A stretch of DNA of 64,000 nucleotides. Origin: Selaginella moellendorffii. Taxonomy: Eukaryota > Plantae > Lycopodiophyta. Under the pieces are notes generated by a model. The model did not search any database, was not told the origin of the DNA, and was given only the letters and a program-made list of their open reading frames with translations. Each line of letters begins with the position of its first letter. The first letter of the stretch is position 1. The stretch is from contig NW_003314342.1 of assembly GCF_000143415.4 (NCBI RefSeq), positions 519,569 to 583,568 on the forward strand, written 5' to 3'. This document shows, piece by piece, positions 23,370 through 35,650 of this stretch. Made by a program: the position numbers and the translations under genes.

Positions 23370-26300
23370 ATATATTCTGAAATATTATTTTAAATAAGAA
23401 AATATTAAATTTTTTATTAGGAAAATTTAAAATAAATAAAATATATTAATAAGTAATTTATATTATATAAAAATAGAGGATAATATAAGAGGTAAAAATA
23501 CATGCATATAAAGCTCATAGGAAGGATAAAAGTATTTAAGTCACCAAGCTTAAAGTCCTTAAGAAACTGGAGAAAACATTATTAATTTTTTTTATCTTCT
23601 ATCCTTGAAGACTATTTATTGTATTTTTATTTTTAAAAAAAGAATTTCCAGTATGACTTTGAACTTTTTATCAATTAATATTCAGAAAGAAAATGTATAT
23701 ACTGGTAAATTAGACCTTTGAAATTTTATTATTTACACAATATATAAATTGAAATATAGTTTTATTAACTACTACCTAGATAGAGAAAAAGAGAACTCAA
23801 GAATGATGTTGTGGGTCTTTTTTATTATTCTTTTAAATATTCATTATACTTGTCAAATATCTCTATCATCAAATGAGAAAAATAATTTATATAATCTCAA
23901 AAATAAGACTACAGTTTATCATGATTTTAATATGAAAAAATTCAATAAAACTAGTGATAATAAGTTAGATGATTATGATTGGAAGCCTGATATGATTTCA
24001 AGAGTGAGAACAGTAATACATATGGAAATGCTATAGTATGGCGTTCTATACATCATTTCAAAAGTAAATATTTTGATCATACATTTTATCAAGAATGCCA
24101 TTTTTATTTACATCAAACTTATTTTATTGGTGTAACATTTAATGGCAAGGGATTATTTGAAACAACAGGTTGGTATGGATGGCAAAATTGGGCTTTTACA
24201 GGACATTGGGAGAGAATAAATACAGAAACTGTAATATTTCTTACTGGATATTAAAAGAACATTAACACTAAAAAAATAAGAAATATTATAACTTAGAAAT
24301 AAAAGCTCTTTTATGCATATTTGATTTAATAATATTAAAAATTATTTATGTTAAATACCTTTTTATTTAAAAATTTAATATGAATAAAAGAAAATTTAAC
24401 TTTTACACTCGTTACTCTTTCTACATAATTTTCTGTGGCATCTAAATATTAAAAGACTGAAACACCCTTTTACCACTTTAAGGAGAAGCACTAGAAAAAG
24501 TAACACTTCAATACCCCTAATTATGTTACAACAAAGGCACCCTTAGGGATTAGAGATTTTGATACTACGCCTTGTATCACTAATGTAAGTACTTAGAAGC
24601 ATTGGTAAACTCACCCTCAAGTCAAGCTTCCTTTCTGCATTTGTTCCTGTAGTGTGTACCTCTCTCTCTCTCTATGTATATATAGTACATAACTCTTCAA
24701 ATTTTTACATGTCATCTCTCCTAGTAATCAAATAATATTAAACTTATATATATATATATATATATCCTTTTTATATAATAAGAGCTTAAGTTTGCCAGTA
24801 TTTTTTGATGAATTAGAAATTACCAATGTGATATTCTTATTTCTTATGTTACTTAATAAATGCAAAATATCTTTTACTTTTTTTTTAATTATTTTGTTTA
24901 TGGTACCTGATATAATGATTTTGAGATAGTTCATATGGTGATTAATATTTCTAAATTGTGTTACTAAGGGCTCTCCACCTTTCCAATTTAAGTGAAGATA
25001 GATAAAGTGCATTCCATATATTAAGGACATATTTTTCAATATATTTTGTAAATTTGAGCTGTAACTCACTCTAGGTTGTTTTACTGCCCAATTGGAGTTT
25101 GGCAAAAGAAACATTGTTGTTAATAATAAGTTGAAGTTTTCTTAGCTAGGAAAAGATATTAATAAGAAAACCTAATTATGAGCTAGCAAGCCAAGACATA
25201 TACTTTGGTATATGGCATATTACTATGTCCTTAATCTATTTCTGTGGGCATCCTTGCATCTTGTGATGGCACTCCAATGGTAAGTTGGTAATGCTTTTTG
25301 CATAGAAAAACATTAGCTTGAGAGATTTAAAGACTGGGACATGACATCAATTTTATTTGATTTTTGTGTGGCCAACACCCTGATAACATGGTTGCTTGGA
25401 AGTATAGCATAAGAAGACTCCATGCCAACAATTTGAGAACAGAAATTTCTCTAGATTAAATGCTACTTCTCTTTTTTCTCTCCTCTTGGCATTGCTATGG
25501 ATTAGCTGCTTCGAGCAACAGCAATCTAGTGATTTTTTTATAGAGTAAGGTTTAACCAGATATACTAAGAATATTCTCAAACTTGGCATTGGATAAATTT
25601 TAGACATGAATACTCTAGAAAAAATTATTAGAAATTAATGTGGTATATTAAAGTTCTGAGAGACTGTATATTGATTAAAATAGTTTTTAGTTTCTGTTAA
25701 GAAAATCAGGTGGGCTTTAAGAATATTTCTTATTTTGTGCTTTCCTATTTTATTATTGTTCTACTAATGATAGGATTTATTTTACTAACCATAATTTTTA
25801 AAAATCTTAACTACCATATATATCTTACCCTGGGAATTAAAATATAAAGATAACAAAACATCTTACGACCAAGTGCGGTTTTCATTATTTTTACTAGTCT
25901 TGCAAACTTTGCATCTTTCATTAGGTCAGCAAGCCTGTCCTAAGTTTTCTGGCCCTTTCTTGTGTTAAAGGCTTTTTAGGCAGCAACTTTGGAGAGCTTA
26001 TGAACTAGCTTTTAATCAGACAAGCTGGCCAAGCTGGCCAAGCCATGGGCAATACTCTGTCTATCGTCAGGCTTTGTGAAATACAGATATTGAATGCTTT
26101 ATGTTGGTATAGTATGCCTTGGCTTTGCAATTAATACAATAAGTTCTTGAACTAGACTACAAATATTAGTCATCCTTAAACTTCCTTTTGATGTAGACTA
26201 CATAGTCCTACTTAGCAGTTGAGATCACAAATAAGGAGCATCTTACAAAATTGTTAATATTATTATTGTAAAACTGTTTTTCTAGTGTAATATAAGATAA

Positions 26301-28315
26301 TTAGTAGATCAGTAAACCAATCAAGCTACTGTGCTCAATAATTATTCTATTTGTATATGACTTTAATAGATAAACAAACAAATGAAAGGGCAGTCAAAAT
26401 TGCTTCTATAATAAAACTGATAATACATGACTTCAAAATCCTAGTAGCAAAGAAGCCCTTGAACCCACCATTGATGAAAATGTAGCTGATCTTAGTGCTT
26501 ACTTGACTTTCAAGACAGATGCAAACTTGACTTAGCCATCGAGAGTTTTCCCTCAATGGTGACCATCATTCGTCACACCTCTATATCTATACGATACAAC
26601 CTTTTTGTCAACAAAACCGTGTCTTTTATACAGTGCCTTTGTCGGTCTACAACCAAAAGAGTAGATTAATATTATTTGATCAAATAGTAGAAGCAGTAGA
26701 TCAATCACTCTGAATGATTGTTTCGTGTATAACGAGTTGACTTCACTCTATGTATCGAAATCGCTGCCTGCATGTATACGTTGAGGTTACCGCCATACGC
26801 CATGTAGGTGCTGAAAGCAAGACTAGGACATAAAGCATTCGAACAGACAGCCTGATTGTCGTTGAATCCTGATATCAAGATTAAAGATGGATCTTCAAAT
26901 GATCCGTAGATCTTTTGCTTTTAAATTGCTCTTCTCTCCCCATCAGACTATAGCTAGGCTAAGGAGTTGCAAGAGACGCATAAAAACCATATAAAAAAGC
27001 ATACATATTGAGGCAGATGTTGCGTCCTGCGTGCATGGACAAAAGACCATAGAGAAGGGCGTACTTTTGCGTTCCAATTCAAATACTGCAAATGTTGAAA
27101 TCAAAATTTGACTGGTTCCGTCTTGACGAACACTCCATTGATTCGGTGCAAGCGCGTGGACCTGACCCAAAGGCTTGATCGACTGTGAGGATCTCACAAT
27201 CACCGATGACTTTGCGAGCAACATGGATGAACTTTTTTGTCTAATATGCCGTATGTGTAGTCGCCGTACCGGGACCAAGTTTCTTATGAAGAAACCGTAA
27301 CATAGGTAATAAGGAGATTGACATAGAGCTAGAGGTTGCAGGCAGCTCATTGTTGAATCAATCAGGATCAAGCAATCCAATCAATCAACATTTCAGCAGG
27401 TTGCAGCATAGCACCACCACCCAAGGCGCAACCAGTTTTGCAGAAAAAACTCTATATTCCAGCAACTTACAAGCCAAAAGACAGGCATTGAATGCACAAC
27501 CTCTAAAAGAAGTCCCTAGCCTTTAAATTCAATGCTCCCGGGAATATCCCCCACACGTTACGTAGGGCATATTCGTGACTTGAAGAGCCCTAAAAAATAA
27601 GTTTAAACAGAGCACGGGAAGTCGCGGGAAGCGGAAATTGATGACAAAAACCACCCATAACGCGAAGGATTGATTGATCACATCCCCTGGCTGCAGCGTT
27701 GCATTGTCGTTTCGATCGATCGATTGAATTCAATTGATTGTGAGGAGATGAAACGAAATGGAAATGAATTTCATCCGGCTGGCGAGCGCGAGACTGGCGA
27801 TCGACACGTCGGGTCGGGTGTTAGTTTTTTTCTTTCTTTCTTGTCTCGGTCTTGATTAAGATGTTCATGGAAGCATGAAGAGAATCAACTCTGTGCTTGA
27901 TCAGCACGCTAATCGGCAAGAACAAGTCACAGATTCTCCAAAGTTTTCGACAATCCGCGAACAAATAAAATACGGACAAAAGAAATGTACGTGAATGTAT
28001 TGTATGGTGTCAAGACTTTGCTATGTACAGCCTACGTTGTTGTAGTTCTTCTGGCAATCAATCAACATCATCTACGCTCTTGTCGCAAATTCGAAGTTTT
28101 CCTTCGCTTGATGCCTTGCTTGCGACTGTGAGCTGAGTGATCCATCCACGGAGAAGCGAATCGAAACGATATCAGTCTCATATCATAAGATCGCGTGCTG
28201 GACGGAGAGGAGAAATCACAGCCCAGAAGAACAGAGGAGAGGAGAGCTGAGAGAGCTGGGAGAAGAGATCACGATCATGATGAGAGGAATCAGAGATAAG
28301 GGATGGAAATTTTTT
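23370..28315 (+). repeat. Segmental duplication copy C, contiguous with the CLE locus
   Basis: Contains the blocks found in both copy A and copy B. Confidence 0.88.
23803..24254 (+). pseudogene. YvgO-like paralog with a single 1-bp frameshift
   Basis: Collinear with 7623-8072; ACA-GT at ~24011 versus ACATGT in copy A; the rest reads through to ...NWAFTGHWERINTETVIFLTGY*. Confidence 0.8.
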
Positions 28316-28891
28316 CCCTCGCTCTCTCTCTTTCTCTCGATTAAATGCCTGTGCTGCTGTTGCAGCTGCCGTTCTCACGTCGCGATCAATCAACGAATGT
28401 GATATCAGAGATGGCTCCCCTTCGATTTCTTTCTTTCTTTCTTTTTTTTTTTTTCTTTTTTGGCTCCTCTGGAGAGCACAAGAAGCTCAAAACCCTGCCC
28501 TGCCCTGTTCCTGCCGCTCAGATTGTGTGTGGCTGCCTCTTCCCAAAACAGCTCCCTTTCTCACTTTGACCGATGTTCTCTTTCAAATTTGCGAAGCTCT
28601 GGATCAATCCCAGCCTTGATTGGCTGATTTGATTGACACTGGGATGGAGTGAATGATTCGATTGAGCCCCATTATCCTCAATTCCAGGCCGCCTTGAAGA
28701 TCTCTCCAGAAAATTCCCCTGTTGTTCCACTACTCCCTCTCAGAAACCACCAAACCAAGAAACAAAAAAAGCGAAAATGGATGAATCAATCCCCTCCCAG
28801 CCTCGATCTGGACAATTCGCCTCACTCTATTCCCACATTCCTAGCCTTTCCCCAAGGATCAAGCAAAAAATCTGTGACTCTATCGCGCTTT

Positions 28892-29221
28892 TCATCTATT
28901 GTGGAGAGGATTTGGACCTGTGGGAACGAGCCTCTTGTTGGACGTGAAGGAGCTGTCCGAGGGAGGGCTACACTCCGCGCCTATGCTGCCCTGATCGCAA
29001 TCCTCAGCTGGACGATTCGAATCGGGGCTCTGTGCCGGCGGCAGCGCCACTTCCAAGAGATCCATCCGACTTTGGTGGTGGCTCTGGAGGAGATTGGAAG
29101 AAGATGGCAACAATCTTGGAGCTTCTCGCGCGTGGCTGCTGCGACTCGAGAGGAGAAGAACGAATAGAGTGACGAGGAGGAGGAGGAAGCTCCTCCTCCA
29201 GTGGAGCAGGACGAGGATCAT
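28892..29221 (-). CDS. CLE: CLE (CLAVATA3/ESR-related) peptide precursor
   Basis: Signal peptide, variable region, C-terminal CLE dodecapeptide RLVPTGPNPLHN followed by R and stop. Confidence 0.95.
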   Translation of the reverse strand: MILVLLHWRRSFLLLLVTLFVLLLSSRSSHAREAPRLLPSSSNLLQSHHQSRMDLLEVALPPAQSPDSNRPAEDCDQGSIGAECSPPSDSSFTSNKRLVPTGPNPLHNR

Positions 29222-31367
29222 ACTGTTGTCGTTAATGGTCTTTTTTGTTGCGTTGCGGCGAGGGGATGCGATGCGATGCTCTGCTCCACGGCTGATCTGG
29301 GCTGTCGGCTGGCTGCTGAGATTTCCAAATCCAGATCTGTCGGCTGGGACGACGTGGGCGCTGCTCGATTTGGAGAATTGGGGTGGAAATTCTCGAGCTC
29401 CGCGTCGAAAGAAGGTAGCCTAGAGATCTCGAGAGCCGCAATTGCAAAGAGAGAAAAGAAGTGGAAAGTATAGAGAATGGCCCTCTAGGAGGAGGAGAAG
29501 AGGAGAGCTCTCTCTCTCTCTCTCTCGCTCTCTATCTCTCTCTTTCTCTCGACAAGAGAGGAGGAGGAAGAGATTGCTTACAAGGTCACCAAAGCAGCCA
29601 TCGCTGTTGTGGGTGCGCAGTGGACCAAAGGATGCAATGCAAGTAAGCAAGAACAGCACACGCAGCTAGCGCTGAGCATCACATCCAAAAGAAAAAACGC
29701 ACTCCTGCCGCGACTGCTGCTACTGCTACTGCCGCTGCTGCTGTTTCCTCTGCCACTGCTGTTCCTCGGCGAGACCATGACCACCATTCCCAGAGATTAT
29801 AAACAAAACAAGCCCACGCCCGCAGCTTCCACCCCTCCCCCTCCCTCTCGACTTTTCCTTTTCAAAGTCAGACCGAACGAGAGAGATCGATCGATCGAGC
29901 CGGATATGTACAAAAGCGCGAGAGGGAAAGAAGATTTGGTGGATGGACGACTCCAAGTGTTATATCCCCGGACAAAACACGAATCGCTCGCTCGCGCGCT
30001 CGCTCGCTTTTGATTCCTGCGCTGGCTCGTTTTGTCTCCCTGCTGAAAATCTCTCCCCCCCCTTTTCTTCCCTGGCTTTTCCTTGCAGAGCACTTCTCCC
30101 TCTCGCTACAAAGGTTTATATTTTAAAAACCCGTGATTATCAGCCACGGAAACCGCGATTCCGTACGAGCCCCCGCGGAGAGATTAAAAAGTATTGCCTT
30201 TTTTGATCGTGGATGGCTGACGGAACCCGTCTAGCAAACCGCAAACACTAAGCACGACCTCCATAAATGCAAAGACTTCCAAATACACGAATCGGTAAGA
30301 ATTTCTCACGCTTACTCCATTTTAACATAATCTAACCAGACTTTTCTTCCACGACACTTACAACTGTTTCCACGATGGATATTCTTTGCGAGTTACTCAA
30401 GCCCGTGAGTAAACAATGCCACGTTAGAAATACCACCCCATACCTGTGATTCTCTGTGAACATATAGTAATTAGCAGTCGTATGTATCTCATAGACGTAC
30501 ACGGGGCTAGAATAGAACCCTAATAATAATGCCTTAATGATCCACAGGAGAGCACAACAACAGTGACACCCACGCCGTAAGAGAATGTGCCAAAGTAAAA
30601 GTACATATCAGTTTACTTCACCCCCCTGGCATGGTCCCGTGAAAGCTCATAGAAAGTCGAACCTCCTCCTAGAGTTTCTAGCCTGAAATCCTGTGAGGAA
30701 AATTCAGGAGAAATGGTTAAAAAAATGGTAAGGAGAAATGGCTAGAGATACGAACCTGTACGTGAAATCTTCACGTAAATCACCCTTGAGTCGTCAAAGC
30801 CTGAGCAAAACAATAAGAATAAGAGATGAGACGAGACGAGGCGAGAGCGAGCGAAAGACTCGCGATCGCTCGCTCGCCCGCTCGAAAAAGAGTTAGAAAA
30901 CGAGTAAAAAACGAGTACCATTTCGTCTGGAAAGATGCTGGTCTGGCCGGCTGCAGCCTCTAGCCGGCATTAGGCAGCTGAGAGGGGTGATTGTTCTAAA
31001 AGGGAGCCTGATAGTTTAGAGCGGAGTACCTCATAGACGTATATGTTAATAATGGGACTGGCTCACTGGAGTGGACTGGAGCGCGTTAATAAGCTGGAGA
31101 GCCCCTGGAATGCGCAGAATTTAGGGGACACAAGTTGCTGCCATGTTTGTAGCCTCTCTAGAAACTAGGGACACCCTCGCAAAAGATACTACTATATGCT
31201 ACACTCACCTCACCTCACTCACAAAGGAAAAAGCTTAAAAAAAGAGGGACGTTCACGTACCTCGCAGATGAGCAAGCACGTTGCACGTTGCCAAGAGTAC
31301 GCCTCAAGTTATCGCGTGTGTGTGATGTTCTTTGCTTCGTCGTAGCGGTAGCGAAAAAGAGAGCTTT

Positions 31368-33779
31368 TTATGGCTGGGCCAGTTCTGCTTCCACCAGTTC
31401 CAAGCACCGGGATCTTGTCATCTGTAATGCGTCGACGTGAAGGGCGATCTCTGGATCATCCGGAGGAATTGCAGAGATGGCTGCACGCAATGGCTCCAGC
31501 CACTGAGACTTAGCCTTTACGAGCTCCGCTCTCGAGAGTATCCCCGTATAGTTTGTTCCTCCTGTTCCAAGGTCGAAACGAGTTAAAACTTTTGACATGA
31601 TGGTTCTTCCGAGAGCTCTAGTCTAGTGCTCTACCTGATTTCTCTCTCAGCAATAGGAAGCGGTACAAGTTCAGGGCACCAACAACCTGCAGTATTAATT
31701 ATTGTACATTAGTCAACAATCTGGATTCACGGGCCAGCTTACCGCATCCAAGTTCTGCGGCAAGTTTGGCGGGGCACCCTCCTTGGGACGGAGAACTTTT
31801 TCCACGAGTTCTAGAACTCTCTCGCTTACGAATGGATTGAGCTCACGACCTTCAGATCGCCACGCACTGTCTACCTCATCCTTCGCAAAAGTCAGCAGCA
31901 GCGAAACCTGGAAGAGCGACGCGGGAGGCAATCAGAAAATCAAAAGAACAAAACAGTTGTTTTACCACTGCGGAATGACATCCATCGCCGACAAGAGAAA
32001 CCAAGCACAGGAACCTAGCATCAGCACTTGTCCTCCTCAAAACCTGCACATTGACCATTTTAAGCATAAAAATACAAAAAGAGAGGCTTGCAAACAACTC
32101 ACCTTCAGCAGAACGTCATAGGCTGAGTTTCTCAACGATGGGTAAGGAGAACGAATCACCACGTCGTGAAGAATCTGAAACAACAATCATAGAATCATCA
32201 ACTTGGATTAAACAAGTGAACCTTCAAAAGCGAGCATATCTTCGTGGCTGTTGTCACATGATCGTCCTCCGTGAAGCATGCGTCCCCCTTGACAGCCAGT
32301 ACCGACTGTATAAATTTCAGGCCTTTCTCTGCAAGTTTCCATGAACCATTTCTCTCGAGCACAAAACCGAACAGCCATGTTGATACATCCAAAGCTTCCA
32401 GTGGGGTACAGAGCGGCTCAGTTTTGTCCTTTAATAAAAGTGACGCTGCACCTCTACTTGTTAGTTAAAACATACGCAAGCACGCACAAAGAATGGGCTA
32501 AAAAATAGATACAGACCTGCCAGTGCCGCCCCACAATCTGCTTCTGAATCGTATAAAAGATGAGCGTCTGCGTCAAGGAAAGATTCAAGTTACTATTATA
32601 GACATAATTGTTTTGCTTTTTATTACCTTCCTTGTGTTGCACAGCCGTGTATGATGAAATCACGCTTCTATCCAGCAACTTAGGCACCGTAAGGCCGCAG
32701 GACTTCAAGATTTCAAGAAGCTGCGAGACTGAGTTTGAAGTGTCTGAAGTGTCAGCTGACACTACGGCCGTCTGAATGAGATGAAAAGTTAGAAAAGAGC
32801 GAAAAGGAGCCTTGGACAAAAGTACCATAAGAACAAGCGCGAAGTAAGAAAGAATTCCGCGAAGCATTTCCTTCTGATCGTCTGCCTATGCATGAAAAGA
32901 AACACGTTAAGACGTTAAAGAGAATAAGTGTACACCACCTTTTCGACAGCAAACATTTCTTGCAAAACTTGGCATAGCTGCAGAAGCTTGTGAAGAATCT
33001 GGAGCCGCAGAACTTCATCGTCGTCGAGATACTGAGAGACAACAGCAACAGGTAAAAGAACATCGACAGTTTCGTTGGCAAACTCTGCTCGGCGCCTCTG
33101 AATCCGTGGAAGAACTAAAAGAAAACATTTAGCGAAATCTCTAAGAAATAAGTCACAGCGTACCAGACGATAATCCCTCCAACAGGAGAAGGCAAAGGTC
33201 TAAAGCCTCAAGCTTGATGGAGATATGGAGAGCCTACAAGGTTACGCATGAAGATGCTGGATTCACAACGAAAAGGTAGATTACCTCCAGGAGAGTAGCG
33301 AGAATTTCTCGGGGAGAGCACGACTCCGCCAAGAGCACAATGAGATCCAGAGAAACCTCTCGACAAGCCTCTGAAACTCTAGCATAATTCAAGATCGCAC
33401 CAGGCAAATCCCATCCCACAGCCTCGAGAAGCATCTAAAGCAAACGAGAAAAATGACGAGTCCAAAATGATAGAAACGATCGATCACTTACTCGACCTTT
33501 CTCCGTGCTAGGATCGAGCATCGCCTTGACATCAAGCAACAGCCGCTGACACACGCCTTCCCACTCACCAGTGGACTCCTGCGCACCATCCAAAACCGCG
33601 GACTCAAGAACACGCTTGAAATCCCCGATCGCATCGTCTTCGTACTGCGACAATCGAGGAAAAGAAAAAGCAAAAAATCCAGAGATTTCAGCGCTACTCC
33701 ATCGCCATCGCCGACAGCGACTCGTTCTTACCTGACAGCACCGATCGCCGGCCTCCCGGAGCCGCTCCACCAAAGCCAT
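31368..33779 (-). CDS. ALF4: ABERRANT LATERAL ROOT FORMATION 4 / glomulin-family protein, multi-exon
   Basis: Exons encode VGWDLP, CSPREILATLLE, LNLYRFLL and TNYTGILS...WLEPLR, separated by short GT-AG introns. Confidence 0.85.
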
Positions 33780-33923
33780 GGTTGCCGAAAACCCTATCCC
33801 TTGGCCAAGCGTTTTAAACATAAATCCTGGGCGCGTTTCTCATTCCCTCCAGTATATAAAGGCCTCCCTTTATAGATTTCTCCATAGCCTCTAGAACAAG
33901 AACTAGAAAGAGCGCTTGGATCG

Positions 33924-34463
33924 ATGGAACCCTCCCACATTGTCTTCTTTCTTTCCTTCTTCTTCGCGGGATCACTCCTGGCAGTGGAAATCACTGCTCG
34001 CGAGGAATCTCTCGTTCACTTGCCGGATAACTTCAACAGGGATCGAACGATCGAGTTCTACCAGCACATCATCCGCGCAAATGGATCAACCTCCACTCTC
34101 AGCGAGACTCCCATCGGTGGCGGCACTCCGGGACGATTTGGCTACGCGGTCGTGTTTGATCACAAGTTGACGCAAGGGAGTGACTACTTCTCCAAGGAAG
34201 TTGGGAGGGTCCGTGGAGCCGCCGTGGTTTCTTCGCTGGATGGATCCCAAGCTCACGAAACTTTCACGGTGAGCTTGGCCGGGAGGAATGGTGCTTTGAG
34301 CTGCGCTGGAAGTTTTGAGCTTCGTCAACCCGTGACGAGAGTTCCAATTGTGGGTGGAACTGGAGAGTTTTACCGTATGGAGGGAGTTTATACGTCTCAA
34401 GTTGTTCATACCAGCGGAGCCAATGTTATTGCTCGTGTCCAGCTGACAATCCGTCGCGACTAA
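33924..34463 (+). CDS. DIR: Dirigent-like protein
   Basis: Signal peptide; FYQH, FG..VVFDHKLTQG, GRVRG, PIVGGTGEF motifs; TATATAAA at ~33853. Confidence 0.92.
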   Translation: MEPSHIVFFLSFFFAGSLLAVEITAREESLVHLPDNFNRDRTIEFYQHIIRANGSTSTLSETPIGGGTPGRFGYAVVFDHKLTQGSDYFSKEVGRVRGAAVVSSLDGSQAHETFTVSLAGRNGALSCAGSFELRQPVTRVPIVGGTGEFYRMEGVYTSQVVHTSGANVIARVQLTIRRD

Positions 34464-34514
34464 GAAATAAAATTGATCTTCGAGCTTCGCATTCGCATTT
34501 GCTTGATTGGTTTT

Positions 34515-35293
34515 TTATGAAGTTCTTGGTGCCAGCCCAGGAAACCTTTCAAACAACCACGTAACAGCCCCTATTGCTTTCTGCGAGATCACGCTGATTG
34601 GTATACCATACTTCTGAGATATCATTCTTTACCAGAGCGAAACTGTTGATTTTAAACGCCGGCTCCACAATATCCCTCCCATAGCTGCAAGGTTCTTCCG
34701 AAATTCACACACTGCTGTGTCAACACGGTGATATCACTTACACAATCTTGTAATCTCCAGAGACATCTTCACAGCGATAGAAGCTGCACCCCTTGCTAAA
34801 CGGGAAAATATTCCCTCTCCAATCTGTTTAGAACAGCAAAACGTTCATAGTTCCTACATGCATCCCAAGATGAAATGGTTTGTATAGTCACCCAAATGCC
34901 AAGTTACTCCAACGCTCAAGTTGCCATCACTGATCTCGTCTATCACAAAACTCACCTCGGGACCAACGGAACTGGTAAATGTCTCGAACAATTCGATGAT
35001 AGCCTGCTTGCTCACATTGAAGAGACAATTCATCAAACCATTTGGAAGGAAAAGTTCTAGCAGAGCACCTTTCTACCAACGAATGGCTTGGAGAACACAA
35101 GATCTTCGTAGACACAGTCGCTAGCAATCAAATCACCGGCGATTTCTAGCTGCCTGTGATTGATCGCGCTGTAAAACTGTCTAACAGTGTCTTTGGCAGC
35201 GCCCAGCCGCCCGCAATGTAGAGAGCTCCTGCTATACCGTATCGATCTGCGAATGCAGCTGGACAGAGGAGCAATTGCCACGCCCCAATCCAT
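34515..35293 (-). CDS. NTF2/SnoaL-like domain protein, probably plastid-targeted, about 5 exons
   Basis: VRQFYSAIN...DCVYEDLVFSKPFVGRK, VGVTWHL, FPFSKGCSFY, YGRDIVEP across short introns. Confidence 0.85.
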
Positions 35294-35650
35294 GGATCCT
35301 CTTTTTTGCAACTTATCCTTAAAGATTTATGGTTAATAAACTATTTACAGTCATAATTTACTTTAAATCAACTGCACTTAGAAGTGTTCCATTTACTAAT
35401 AGATATTGGTTTTCGATCATTGCCAATTTTTTATTATTATTAAATTGCCATTAATGCTTGCAAATCAATATATATATTCCTTACAAATTACCTTTAATAT
35501 GTCTTCATAAAGACTATTCATTTTAAGATTTCTACATAGAAGACCATCACAATTCTATATAAAGTTTAAATTAATATAGAAAAGCAAGCTTAACATTAAA
35601 AATAAATTGCTGCGCGTTGCGTTGCAGCAACGCTTGGTTTGCTTTTGTTT

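Noticed and set aside
28660-28676. Partial resemblance to miR171 (GATTGAGCC...ATC)
   Set aside because: Central bases are missing and no convincing precursor hairpin is visible.
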